From Macrostomum lignano (taxonomy: Eukaryota), in assembly GCA_002269645.1 (NCBI GenBank), contig NIVC01001102.1, positions 248,001 to 312,000 on the forward strand: DNA of 64,000 nt, given 5' to 3'. The notes beneath the pieces were generated by a model. The model was not told the origin of the DNA. It did not search any database and saw only the letters and a list, made by a program, of their open reading frames with translations. A program made the translations under genes and the position numbers. Of this stretch, positions 34,901-46,560 are shown piece after piece; within the stretch, counting starts at the first letter, position 1; the number at the start of each line of letters is the position of its first letter.

Positions 34901-37298
34901 ACACTCTGCGTACAAAATTCCTCAGATCAGTTTGTAAAAGCCCAAGCCGTAAAATTTTTTTTAAAATTCAATATAAATAAATACAACTTACCTATAGGTG
35001 AACAGATGATTTAGGCAGTGACTGTATAAATCCGCAAACTTACGCTCGATTTTGCTAAACTGTTTCAATAGTTTTGCGGCTGAATAAGCTTTCTTCGGAA
35101 CGAGAGCCGCGTTAAGGGAGTCGGGCGATTTGTCCGGCTTGGTGAAAACGAACAGTGACGCCAATTTAAATCCGATTGATGGTAAAGTTTTCCCAGCGTC
35201 TGTCGGATGCGGCATCTTAGTAGTGAAGAATACCTCATTAACGTCGTCAATTATTTTAACAATAGTCCTCATAGTTGAACCAATGTGGCTTATACCGATT
35301 CGGTCATAAAATAAATGATCAACAACAACTTTTATGGAGCAGGTGTACCGTTCATATTCTGCTGATCGTATCGACCTACTTGAAGTAGTAGCAGATATAT
35401 TATTAGACCTCGATATAAACTGCTGTCTACCATTGGAACTGTAGTTCTTTGCCTTTGATGAATTTTCGTTTGTTTCACAAGCCCCGGGAACACTGGAGGA
35501 GCAGAAGAAAAGCAATTGAAGGTAAGCAAATCATTTTATGAAAAAGGAAATTAAAATTATAAGCACTACTGAGAGTATAATGTCTGTCTTTACCTGTCTT
35601 TCAATTGTGAATCGTAGTATGCCAGAAGTTGAGTTTCAGATGCATTTTCGGTAAATTTTGCCAGTGGCTTCAAAGTTGAAACGAGAGAAAAGAAGTGTTA
35701 GAAAATGTGTGTTTGCAGCATGGAAATCAGACTTGAGATATAATCACCTCAATGCTTAATACTTCGCCATTGCCAAAGTATATCGAGCACAGCAGTTGAT
35801 TTGCAGTAAAATAACCTCTGACTTTAGACTTCGGGTCGCCTATAGATTTTTAAGTTATATTATTTGCATAAAGTTTATAAAGTAGTTTGTTTATTTTATT
35901 AAAATCGCGACTCATATTTTCACTGAAAAAGATTACCATCAACAACACCAGTGTAGAAACCAGTCAAAATTTCAGAGGAATAGTTCAACCTTGACTTCTC
36001 ATCTAAAGTTGAATCCATTACAGAAATAGAAATATTTGAATCCAGCGCTTCAGACTTTTCCGGTATCAAAACTAGACTAAATGTTCTAAAATAGAAGTTG
36101 CAGACATAAGTACTCCAACTCTATAATGGGAAGTGTTTTTAATCGTCAAAATCAGTCAGGGCTTACCTGTTAAAAGCTACCAACTTAACTGTTTTGGTCT
36201 CCATTCCAATGCTTCGTTTACTGATCAGCTTATTTGATTCGATTAAGTCATATGATGACAGGTGACTCTTAAGGTATTCTGAAAGGTATGAAAACTGTAA
36301 ATGGAATCAGAAATCCTTAAATTTACGAGTATCATAAATGAAAAAAGTACAATACCATTAAACACAAAATTTGACAGATATTCAATGTTATGACCACAAA
36401 ATACAAAAAAAATTACAATTTAAATTTAGATACCATAAACCTATCGATAAAAAATATAAATCAACTGTTTTAAAATACTTAACACTTAAGTTTACTGCTC
36501 AATTGATCCTGAAATATACTGATATAGGCTGTTAAATCAAGAAGTTTTGCAGTTATTGTACATTGATATACATGTTTACATAATGATACATTAAAAGGCT
36601 CTTTTTAAAGCAAGAACTTTAACTCCAAAAAAATTCACTATGATTACAATAATGGCAGAATTTCGTAAGTGAATTTTGACTTTAATAATCATTGATTACA
36701 GCATTCTAAAATTTGAGTCTTAATTCTTCTAAATCAAAATACTCCGACATCGAAATACCTATTAAAGGTACATCGAAAAATAACCACTATGTTTTAATAA
36801 TGCAGAAGAATGCTTATAAATTTCATCAGCAAGCCTTGGGTATGATTAATTCCAATTTTCCTGAATCCCTTTATTAATAAACGATGTCCTAAAATGGTAT
36901 CCATGTTGGTTTAACCGCTTCCAGTTACTCTATTTACACAGAAAGTTATAGTTGCCAATTTTATGAATTTCGTGTTGTTTTCCCTGTTAACAACTGTTAT
37001 GCTTTTGTTCTGTCTTAAAAGAATTTAATTATTAATTATTGATTTAATCATAAAAAAAATTATTTTTAAATGTTTCCAATGCAGGAAAATGATTGCTGTT
37101 TAAAATGTGGAGTAAAAAGCTGGACAATTCAATGCAAATAAATGACCCTCAAAACCAATTTTAAAAAGGCATGGTATTTACAAATTACTAACACAACTCA
37201 CCTTGGACAGCAGATCCTAAGATCCCTTCAGCTATTTCAGTAAATAAAGGTACTAGCATGCAGCAATATAAAACAAATCTGACCAAAAGTATAGACAT
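30408..37298 (-). CDS. ADAM17: ADAM17/TACE-like metalloprotease, about 725 aa; exons 37298-37202, 36278-36167, 36085-35937, 35839-35748, 35667-35594, 35492-34992, 33267-32958, 32226-32047, 31388-30896, 30709-30621, 30488-30408
   Basis: Signal peptide, prodomain, RSIR furin-like site, [20 protein letters not shown] zinc motif with GGKFLM Met-turn, [13 protein letters not shown] disintegrin, Cys-rich membrane-proximal domain, and NNIVF..YVPL TM like ADAM17. All 10 intron phases are consistent. Confidence 0.92.
30779..30895. repeat. (GACT)n microsatellite in ADAM17-like intron
   Basis: Visible; its first unit supplies the GTCAGT donor on the minus strand. Confidence 0.95.
31438..32016. repeat. 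(GACA)n microsatellite filling ADAM17-like intron
   Basis: Visible. Confidence 0.97.
32480..32925. repeat. About 25-26-bp minisatellite (GGATTCTCCTCGGGATTCCCCAAGCC) in ADAM17-like intron
   Basis: Visible tandem units with alternating variants. Confidence 0.9.
33290..33525 (-). mobile_element. Family B SINE with internal deletion of the CORE segment
   Basis: The head (gcgtcggactcacgac..ggttcgattcct) joins directly to the tail (gggtgccagcattagctgg...cagccgtacgcagccttcagatgc) seen at 48350-48500. Confidence 0.8.
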
Positions 37299-39599
37299 TA
37301 CTGACTGTATATAAAAAACAAATTGTAAGTGGTAAGATAACGAATTACAAACTAATCTATACGGGATGCGTGATTGCACATGTAATAAAATGTAGACTGT
37401 ACATGCACGCTTCTTTGAAACGAAAACCAAAAAATTATCGTAGTAAAGCACATTAACAAAAGAAAATGATACTTATTGTCTCTGAAAAAGAATTTGCACC
37501 GATTTGATTTTAACTTTTTTGTTAAGCTATTATAATTGCATTCTAATGCCCAAAGAAGATATCTTTATCTTTACGATCAGATTTAAAAGTGAAGTTTTAT
37601 AAGAACGATCGTACATCGTTCTCAAGATTTGTGCTTCCTTTCTGATTGTTTTTTTCCACTATGTTCCGAATTCACAGACAACTTTTCCTTAATTAATGCT
37701 TATTATTTTTAGTTTTTCAGATGGCAAGTTTCAAGTTTTGGCAAATATCAAACTTCATATCTGCTATGCATTTTATTTTTAAAGAACTTTTTTTATATAT
37801 TTGGCAATTTTTTGGCTCCAGCTAAGGCTAAGGGTGGCATGGGCCGCATGACCTCTTCCTCCTTAGCCTTACTTTAGATTTACTATTGCCAGTAGTATTG
37901 GTAGATGTTAGTTTAGCAATTAGATACTCATATAATTAGAACCATAAGAAAAGATATATTACCTTTAACAGTAAATTTCTTAGAACCTTAAAGTTTTACT
38001 GTTTTAGGTGTATTTTGAGACAAAAATGTATTTCTTGGTTTCAGTTCTAGTATCTTTTTTAATTGAAAATTTTTAAATAATGTTGTGTGACGAATAAGGC
38101 AAATAAATATGGATTTGTGTAGTGGTTAATTTAGATAGTTCACGATTAGTTAGCACATTGGCAAGCCACTTCAACCCTTAGACTTTTGGTAGTGCTACTT
38201 AAAATTGCTGGATCAGTTAATTAACTAATTGGGTTGCCAAGGTAGATGGTGGAAGAGTTGGTGTAAGGAGGCCAGACAGTGTCATAGCTAAGGGTTAGCG
38301 AGCCTAGGTCGAGAAACGAAGCAAGGGGTAAGGTGAGAGCGGCTGCTGACTGTAGTGTAATCATATATTTAAAGGTAAACAGATAACAACAACACCCTTA
38401 ATCCAAAAACCCAGACAAACAACCCCCCACGCAGTGCGCAATGTATATGTACAAATTAATCGATAAATATATCATGCAAGAATAACATATGTCAGTACAT
38501 GTACTCTATATACATAAGTAGAACTACTTTACAAGAAATAATAATGATATGAATGAAATACAAATAATAGAATAAATACATACAAGGCTATAAAAACAAA
38601 GCAATTAACAGTAAAAATAGTGCGATAATAATATGTACGAATATTGTTAAAATAAATGAAAGAATACAGTAGTAGTATAGTATGCATATGAAAATAAATA
38701 AATGCGATACACACTTCTACGAATCACACTATCACAGTTGTTAATTTTAATCTTTTATTTTTATTAAAAAACTATATGATTTCAAGTTTAACAATTTAGC
38801 TTAAAAATGTCTGCCCTCTAAGGCCTTTGTAATATTGATATATTGACAAAGCCATAGTCAGGAAGGTGGCCTTTGACATGGGAAATTCCAGCACACACAA
38901 GGGGTCCTTGGCGCACTTGGGGCACACTCATGGTGCACACTAAGGTCCTTGGGGCATGTGGCAAACAATCATGGTGTACACTGAGATCCCTAGCGCATGT
39001 AGCACATAATTGTGGCACATAAGGTCCCTGATATATGCGGTGCTGTGCATAACTTTGGTGCATAAGGAATCAGAATAGAATCTTTATTAGCATAAAAACT
39101 GGTATAGCATATTGAGTCTACATGAATTCTAAGAATTTTGTAAATTTGTCATAAAATATGTAAATTATATAAAATATATAAATTATATTAAATAACATAA
39201 ATTATGTAAATTACATAAAATATGTAAAAAAGGGCACAGACATGGCGCACAGATGGTGCACAGATGGCGCATAGACAGTGCATAGACGGCGCACAGATTG
39301 TCCCAAAAAATTTATTCCTGCCCACACTGTGCCACCTTGACTATGGTGACAAAGTAGGAAAATTTGGACTCATATAAATTTTCATTGCTATTTGCATGCA
39401 AAACCTACTTTTAAATATTAAAAACTCCAAATTAATTGTTGTCTTTTAAAAATAAATTTTGATTATTATATTTCAGAATTCAAACAACTAACATGTCATT
39501 AAAGGTTAAAATTGCTAGCAGATACTCCCATGTAACACTAAATTTATGGTAAGTTTTTAAAATTAATATTGTTTTATATACCCCAAAATTATATTAGTT

Positions 39600-39960
39600 T
39601 ATATATCCTATATACTAAAAATGAAATGTGTGTCTCTGTGAGATAGATTTCAGAAAAAACGGCTTAACCGATTTTCTTTAAACTTGCACCATTTGATCAG
39701 AAATTTTTCTGGGACGGTACATGCATCTTGGCTAAGAAATTGCTCAATTTTAAAGGGATTAAATATTCGAAAAACATGCTTTTTTGCAAAGGTCAAGCCA
39801 AATTTTTGACTTGAAATGCATTGTAAGAATGCTAGAGAAAAAACTGACTGACTGAATTCCGATTGTGATAAAGATTGCATCACAAAAAGTTGAAAACAGT
39901 GTCAAAGAAATGCACACACGACTTGATAGAAATTGCGTAACCAATATTGCTAACTTAAAT
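39600..39960 (+). mobile_element. Possible non-autonomous Helitron/Helentron-like fragment
   Basis: tcctatatactaaaaatgaaatgtgtgtc...aaaacggcttaaccgattttc..aaactt resembles the conserved 5' motif of animal non-autonomous Helitrons; 3' end not found. Confidence 0.45.
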
Positions 39961-40184
39961 TGGGACTGATACTGGCTGACTGAGAAATTGATTATGTCAT
40001 AACTTTTTACTCCAATTGACTTGCTGTAAGAATTGAATTATAAGGGCCACAATTCATGTTCTCAAATTAAAAAGAGATAGCCTAGATGCGAGTAGACTGG
40101 ACTGCTAATGTAGTGACCTGGGTTCGAATCTTAGTAGAGCAAAATAATTTTTTTGTTAAACACCCTCAAAACACAAAATGCTAA

Positions 40185-43075
40185 ACATAAAAGGGCCATC
40201 ATGCCAAGCATATACGTGCCTCCATGTCGAACATTAAAGAGCCACCATGTCAAACATCAAAGAGCCACAATGTCCAACATTAGAGCCACCATGTCGAACA
40301 TTAAAGAGCTACCATGTCAAACATTAAAGAGCCACCATTTCGAACATTAAAGGGCCACAATGTCAAAAATTAAAGAGTTACCATGTAAACATAATAGAGC
40401 CACCATGTCAAACATTAAAGAGCCACTATATCAAACATTAAAGAGCTACCATTTCAAACATAAAAGAACCATCATGTCAACCAGAAAAGAGCCACCATGT
40501 CAAACATTAAAGGGCCACCATGTCTAATATAAAAGAGCCATTCATGTTGAACATAAAGGAGCCACTATGTTGACATTAAAGAGCCACCATGTCAAACATT
40601 AAAGAGCCACCATTTCAAACATAAAAGAGCCACTATATCAAACATTAAAGAGCTACCATTTCAAACATAAAAGAACCATCATGTCAAGCAGAAAAGAGCC
40701 ACCATGTCAAACAATAAAGAGCCACCATTTCAAACATAAAAGAGCCACCATGTCAAACATAAAAGAGCCACTATGTAAAACATATATGTGACTCTATATC
40801 AAACATATACGTGACTTCATGTTGAACATTAAAGAGCCATCATGCTGAACATTAAAGAGCCACCATGTCAAACATATAAGAGACTTTATTTCAAACAAAA
40901 AGAGCTACCATGTTGAACATTAAAGAGCCACTATAAAAAAAAAAACATTTCGACCATTAAAGAGCCACCATGTCGAACATTAAAGAGCTACCATATCAAA
41001 CATTAAAGAACCACCATGTCAAACTTTAAAGTGCCATCGTGTCGAACATTAAAGAGCTACCATGTCAAACATTAAAGAGCCACCATGTCAAACATTAAAG
41101 TGCCATCGTGTCGAACATTAAAGAGCCACTATGTTGAACATTAAAGAGCCACCATGTCAAACATTAAAGAGCCACAATTTTGAACATTAAAGAGTCACCA
41201 TGTCAAACATATAAGAGTAAGAGACTTTATTTTAAATATAAAAGAGCCACAATGTTGAGCATTAAAGAGCCACAATGTAAAACAAAAAAACAACCATTTC
41301 GAACATTAAAGAGCTACCATGTCAAACATTAAAGAGCCACCATGTCGAACATTAAAGAGCCACCATGTCGAACGTTAAAGAGCCACCATGTCAAACATTA
41401 GCGAGCCACCATGTCAAACATTAAAGAGCCACCATTTTGAACATTAAAGAGTCATTATGTCAAACATTAAAGAGCCACTTTGTTGAATATTAAAGAGCCA
41501 CTATGTCAAACATTAAAAAGCCACCATGTCAAACATTAAAGAGCCACCATGTCGAACATAAAGGAGCCACCATGTTGAACATAAAGGAGCCACCATGTTG
41601 AACATAAAAGAACCACCATGTAGAACATAAAAGAGCCACCATGTCTGATATAAAAGAGCCACCATTTCGAACATAAAAGAGCCACCATGTTGAAAATTAA
41701 AGAGCCAACCTGTAAAACATTTAAAAGATTCACCATGTCAAACATATAAGTGACTTCATTTCAAACATAAAAGAGCCACCATGTCAAACATTAAAGAGCC
41801 ACAATTTTGAACATTAAAGAGTCACCATGTCAAACATATAAGAGTAAGAGACTTTATTTTAAATATAAAAGAGCCACAATGTTGAGCATTAAAGAGCCAC
41901 AATGTAAAACATAAAAACAACCATTTCGAACATTAAAGAGCCACAATGTCGAACATTAAAGAGCTACCATGTCAAACATTAAAGAGCCACCATGTCGAAC
42001 ATTAAAGAGCCACCATGTCGAACGTTAAAGAGCCACCATGTTGAACATTAACGAGCCACCATGTCAAACATTAAAGAGCCACCATTTTGAACATTAAAGA
42101 GTCATTATGTCAAACATTAAAGAGCCACTTTGTTGAATATTAAAGAGCCACTATGTCAAACATTAAAAAGCCACCATGTCAAACATTAAAGAGCCACCAT
42201 GTCGAACATAAAGGAGCCACCATGTTGAACATAAAGGAGCCACCATGTCGAACATAAAAGAACCACCATGTAGAACATAAAAGAGCCACCATGTCTGATA
42301 TAAAAGAGCCACCATGTAGAACATAAAAGAGCCACCATGTTGAAAATTAAAGAGCCAACCTGTAAAACATTTAAAAGATTCACCATTTCAAACATATAAG
42401 TGACTTCATTTCAAACATAAAAGAGCCACCATGTCAAACATTAAAGAGTCACCATGTCAAACATATAAGAGTAAGAGACTTTATTTTAAATATAAAAGAG
42501 CCACAATGTTGAGCATTAAAGAGCCACAATGTAAAACATAAAAACAACCATTTCGAACATTAAAGAGCCACAATGTCGAACATTAAAGAGCTACCATGTC
42601 AAACATTAAAGAGCCACCATGTCGAACATTAAAGAGCCACCATGTCGAACGTTAAAGAGCCACCATGTCGAACATTAACGAGCCACCATGTCAAACATTA
42701 AAGAGCCACCATTTTGAACATTAAAGAGTCATTATGTCAAACATTAAAGAGCCACTTTGTTGAATATTAAAGAGCCACTATGTCAAACATTAAAAAGCCA
42801 CCATGTCAAACATTAAAGAGCCACCATGTCGAACATAAAGGAGCCACCATGTTGAACATAAAGGAGCCACCATGTCGAACATAAAAGAACCACCATGTAG
42901 AACATAAAAGAGCCACCATGTCTGATATAAAAGAGCCACCATGTAGAACATAAAAGAGCCACCATGTTGAAAATTAAAGAGCCAACCTGTAAAACATTTA
43001 AAAGATTCACCATGTCAAACATATAAGTGACTTCATTTCAAACATAAAAGAGCCACTATGTCAAACATAAAAGAT
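40185..43075. repeat. 23-bp satellite (AAACATTAAAGAGCCACCATGTC) with about 630-650-bp higher-order repeat
   Basis: Visible units; near-identical blocks recur at 41536, 42186 and 42813. Confidence 0.95.
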
Positions 43076-43145
43076 ACACAATTCAAAATGTAAAAGTGAG
43101 TGAATTTTAAAGGAGCCACTATAATGCTAAGGAAATTGTCTGGTG

Positions 43146-43342
43146 GATGCTTGCTATTTGGGGATGCTATCTATCTGGGGGATTCTTGCTATCTAGGGGG
43201 TGCTTGCTATCTGGGGGATGCTTGCTATCTGGGGGATGCTTGCTATCTGGGGATGCTTGCTATCTGGGGGATGCTTGCTATTTGGTTGATGCTTGCAATC
43301 TGGGGGATGCTTGCTATCTGGGGGATGCTTGCTGTCTTGGGA
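43146..43342. repeat. 18-19-bp minisatellite (GGGGATGCTTGCTATCTG)
   Basis: Visible. Confidence 0.9.
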
Positions 43343-43587
43343 TGATTTTTTTTGCATTGCACTTCATTTGAGTAGTTTGTTTGTTTTCTTTGTGAAAGCT
43401 TTATTTGGCTATCTTCTTATTACTTGTAGAGAACAGAGATTCTATACAGATGTCCCCCAACGGGGGGCGAAGATTGCTAGTATAGTTCTATAATTTGAGG
43501 TCTATAACCACTCTGAAAAATTGTCTGAAATCTAGAAACTATATCTACCAAGAGTACAACTTATACTATTTATTGATTTATTTTTAG

Positions 43588-45587
43588 GGCAAGCTACAAA
43601 GCATTGGCTGATAAATATGCAAAAGTCAACTTGGGCCTGGTAAGAAACTTTTCATGTACAAAATTGCATGATTTTATAAGAGTAATCATAGAAGAATTGA
43701 TTGACACATTGTTCAAGTCAACACAATGAAATAGATTAATAAGTTGACCATGACATTATGCTACTCATAATTGTCTGTAGCTATCAAAAAGTTCAAAGTT
43801 TTAAATGTCTTCTCATTAATTTCTTTTTTTACTATTTGAAAGTTGAAATTACTGAATATTTGATGTAAATGTTTAAATCAATCAAAGATGCCTTTATTCA
43901 ACCAAAATTTGTGTTAAAAAAGTGAGGGAAAAAAACTAATAGTCTACAACCCTCTACCCACGCAGGGTGCTCCAGATTACAATCCACCAGTTGAATTGTC
44001 TGAAGCTCTCACTTCTGTCCTAGAAGATGCCATCAGTGACTGCAAGATATCAGCTGCTACGCATCAATATGCACCGTTGGTTGGGCATCCAGAACTTATT
44101 TCAGCTTTGGCTGATGTTTACACAACCGAGATGAGCCGTAAAATTCGGCCTGAAGATGGCTGTTTGTCTGTAGGCATTGGTGCTCAAGTGAGTTGTATGT
44201 TATTGTTGCACTTGAAAATAATTTCAGAAGGGCTGAGGTTATATAGATATTTTTTTTCTTTAGCTAATTTATGTCCACGCCGCTGACTGCGGAACAGGCA
44301 CGTGCACGCGTATTATATCTACTTACGCAGGAACACACAAAAGCAGCATAGAGTGTACAATAACAGACATTCTATCATCAGACATTGTAAACAATCTGCG
44401 CCTATGAGATTTGCATTAAACGCCCCGACGAACGTCCCTGCACGAGCATCTAATTAATGCGGCCGTTTCATTCCAGGGCTGCATATTTAATGTGATCAAC
44501 GCTCTAGTGAACCCGGGCGACGAAGTGGTTATAATTGACCCGCACTACGACTGCTACCCGTCTATGGTTCAAGCTGTCGGTGCTAAGCCAGTGTTCGTAC
44601 CTCTGTTGCCACCAAAGACTTCAACAGATGGCGCAACAAGTGTCAATGCAAACGATTGGCAGTGGGATCGTTACCAATTAGACAGCGTATTTTCGCAGCG
44701 AACCAAACTGTTAGTACTGAATTCTCCACAGAATCCGTTGGGGAAAGTGTACAACCGCGATGAGTTGTTGGTATTGGCGGAGCTGTGCCAAAAATACGAT
44801 GTCGTTTGCTTAAGCGACGAGGTCTACGAATGGATGGTTTTAACTGACAGCGGTGAACGTTTGAGGATGGCTACAATGCCAGGTATTTATACGACAATTT
44901 TTTGTACTGACTCCGACGAATGTGGCTGCAAACAGATAAAAATTATAATTTATCTTTTACAATCAATTACATTCAGGTATGTGGGACCGAACTATCACAG
45001 TGGGCAGCGCTGGCAAATGTTTTAACATCACTGGCTGGCGCGTAGGCTGGTGCGTCGGACCTGCCGCGCTGATTAGTCACGTGGTCACGGTTCAAAGCGA
45101 AGTAGTTTTCAGCGTAGCCAGTCCTCTGCAAGCCGCTATTGGTCGGGTGTTTCGCTCTGAACTCAACAATATTAAAGGCAAGGACGATTCCTGCCTAGCC
45201 AAGCTGAGAAGTCATGTAAAAGCGAATCGCGATCTCGCCGTGGCTGAGTTGTCTCGCATGGGCCTGTCCTGCGTGATACCCAGCGGCGGCTGGTTCATGC
45301 TGGTTCCCGTTGCTCCCAGATTACTGCCGTTGCTAAGGGATACATCAGCTTCCAAAGGGCCAGCTTCGGACGTGTCAATTGTTGAACTGATAACGAAGAA
45401 GTTCCGCTTGGCAACCATTCCAGCGTCGATGTTCTATTCGGAAGAATTTCGTTGCACAGTTGGTCACGGCTACTTGCGATTGTGCTTAAATAAGCGACGG
45501 GAGACCCTGGTGGAGGGCTTGAAACTTTTGGAGGCTGCTTTGGCTGCGGCTGATTCTTTGGCTGCGTCGTCTTCAATAATTGGATAA
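43588..45587 (+). CDS. Divergent kynurenine aminotransferase-like PLP enzyme (paralog A); exons 43588-43639, 43966-44187, 44477-44882, 44977-45587; first exon not located
   Basis: VNLG, HQY..GHPEL, NPGDEV..DCY, NSPQNPLGKV, SDEVYEW, GSAGKCF..TGWRVGW (PLP lysine), YLRLC; splice phases consistent. Confidence 0.88.
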
Positions 45588-45894
45588 AAATTGTAAATTG
45601 TAGATTTTGAATCCATTTGGTGATTAGAAACTCTACATTCACCTGGGTTGAAACTTAAATTAGACCACTTTCGTTTTTGCAACTATTAACTGTCCAACTT
45701 TCTGAACTTAGGGCGTTAGCTACTCGTATATTTGCTGTTTTATATCTTGAAAGGCCTTTTATGTTTTTGAGACCATCTATCTCTACGAGGTATGAGTAGA
45801 TCGTAGGAGGGTTCTGAGCACCCCGACGCAACGCCTTCGGCGAAATTTGTCCCAATTCTGCCTCAGCAATTCTGCTGACTCCTGGATACTCTTC

Positions 45895-46110
45895 GCGCAG
45901 GCACGCACTTATTTGCAGGCTGACACAGGGGTGGACAGCGGTTCTGACTTTCTAATCGTCAGGCATGTACAGTCTCTGCGCCTCGGGGTTTGGTCCTCCC
46001 GGATGTGAATCGCACGACGACTTCCGGCGAATTTTCGTGCACACAGGCCCAAAATAGATGGCCGCACACGGAATCGAGATTCAGACGCGTTTACCTCGGA
46101 GCTGTTTTGC
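45895..46110 (-). mobile_element. SINE family A
   Basis: Head agctccgaggtaaacgcgtctga plus the shared core. Confidence 0.75.
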
Positions 46111-46560
46111 AGTCTCCTTAAAATTGCCTGTTTCCACGGCAGTATACGAACTTGCTATATTAAATATGTTTATTACACGTAGTGTTCTATACGATCGTAT
46201 CCGTAGTCTGTTGTTTTTGTTGCTCTATATAATCGCACTAAATCTATCGGAATGCTACGAAGGTGCATTTTCTGCGAATCTGTTATCATTTTCAGTGATT
46301 TATTATAAATTACTTGATGAATTTACATGAAACCATAATCAATGTTTGTTCTTAAGCACTAATCAAATTGTAGTTAGCGCAATAAAAATAAAAATAAAAT
46401 TGAATCAATACTCATTTCGGAAATTGTTAAATGATAAATTAGTTTAATTTTACTAAATATTTTAGGAATGTATAAAGTGTTTAATTTTTTTTCAATTTAA
46501 AGTTGCTTAATTTCAGACAAAAATTGTTATTATACCAACAAACCAAAGCCAACCAGCAGC

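Noticed and set aside
40075-40140. tRNA-Ser(GCT)-like sequence (GGACTGCTAAT...GGGTTCGAATC)
   Set aside because: No acceptor stem or proper D arm; at best a decayed tRNA or SINE head. The SINE heads at 48207, 33480 and 13450 are likewise not tRNA genes.
41536-43371. Three near-identical 69-aa hydrophobic ORFs and GDACYL ORFs
   Set aside because: Antisense translations of satellite blocks.
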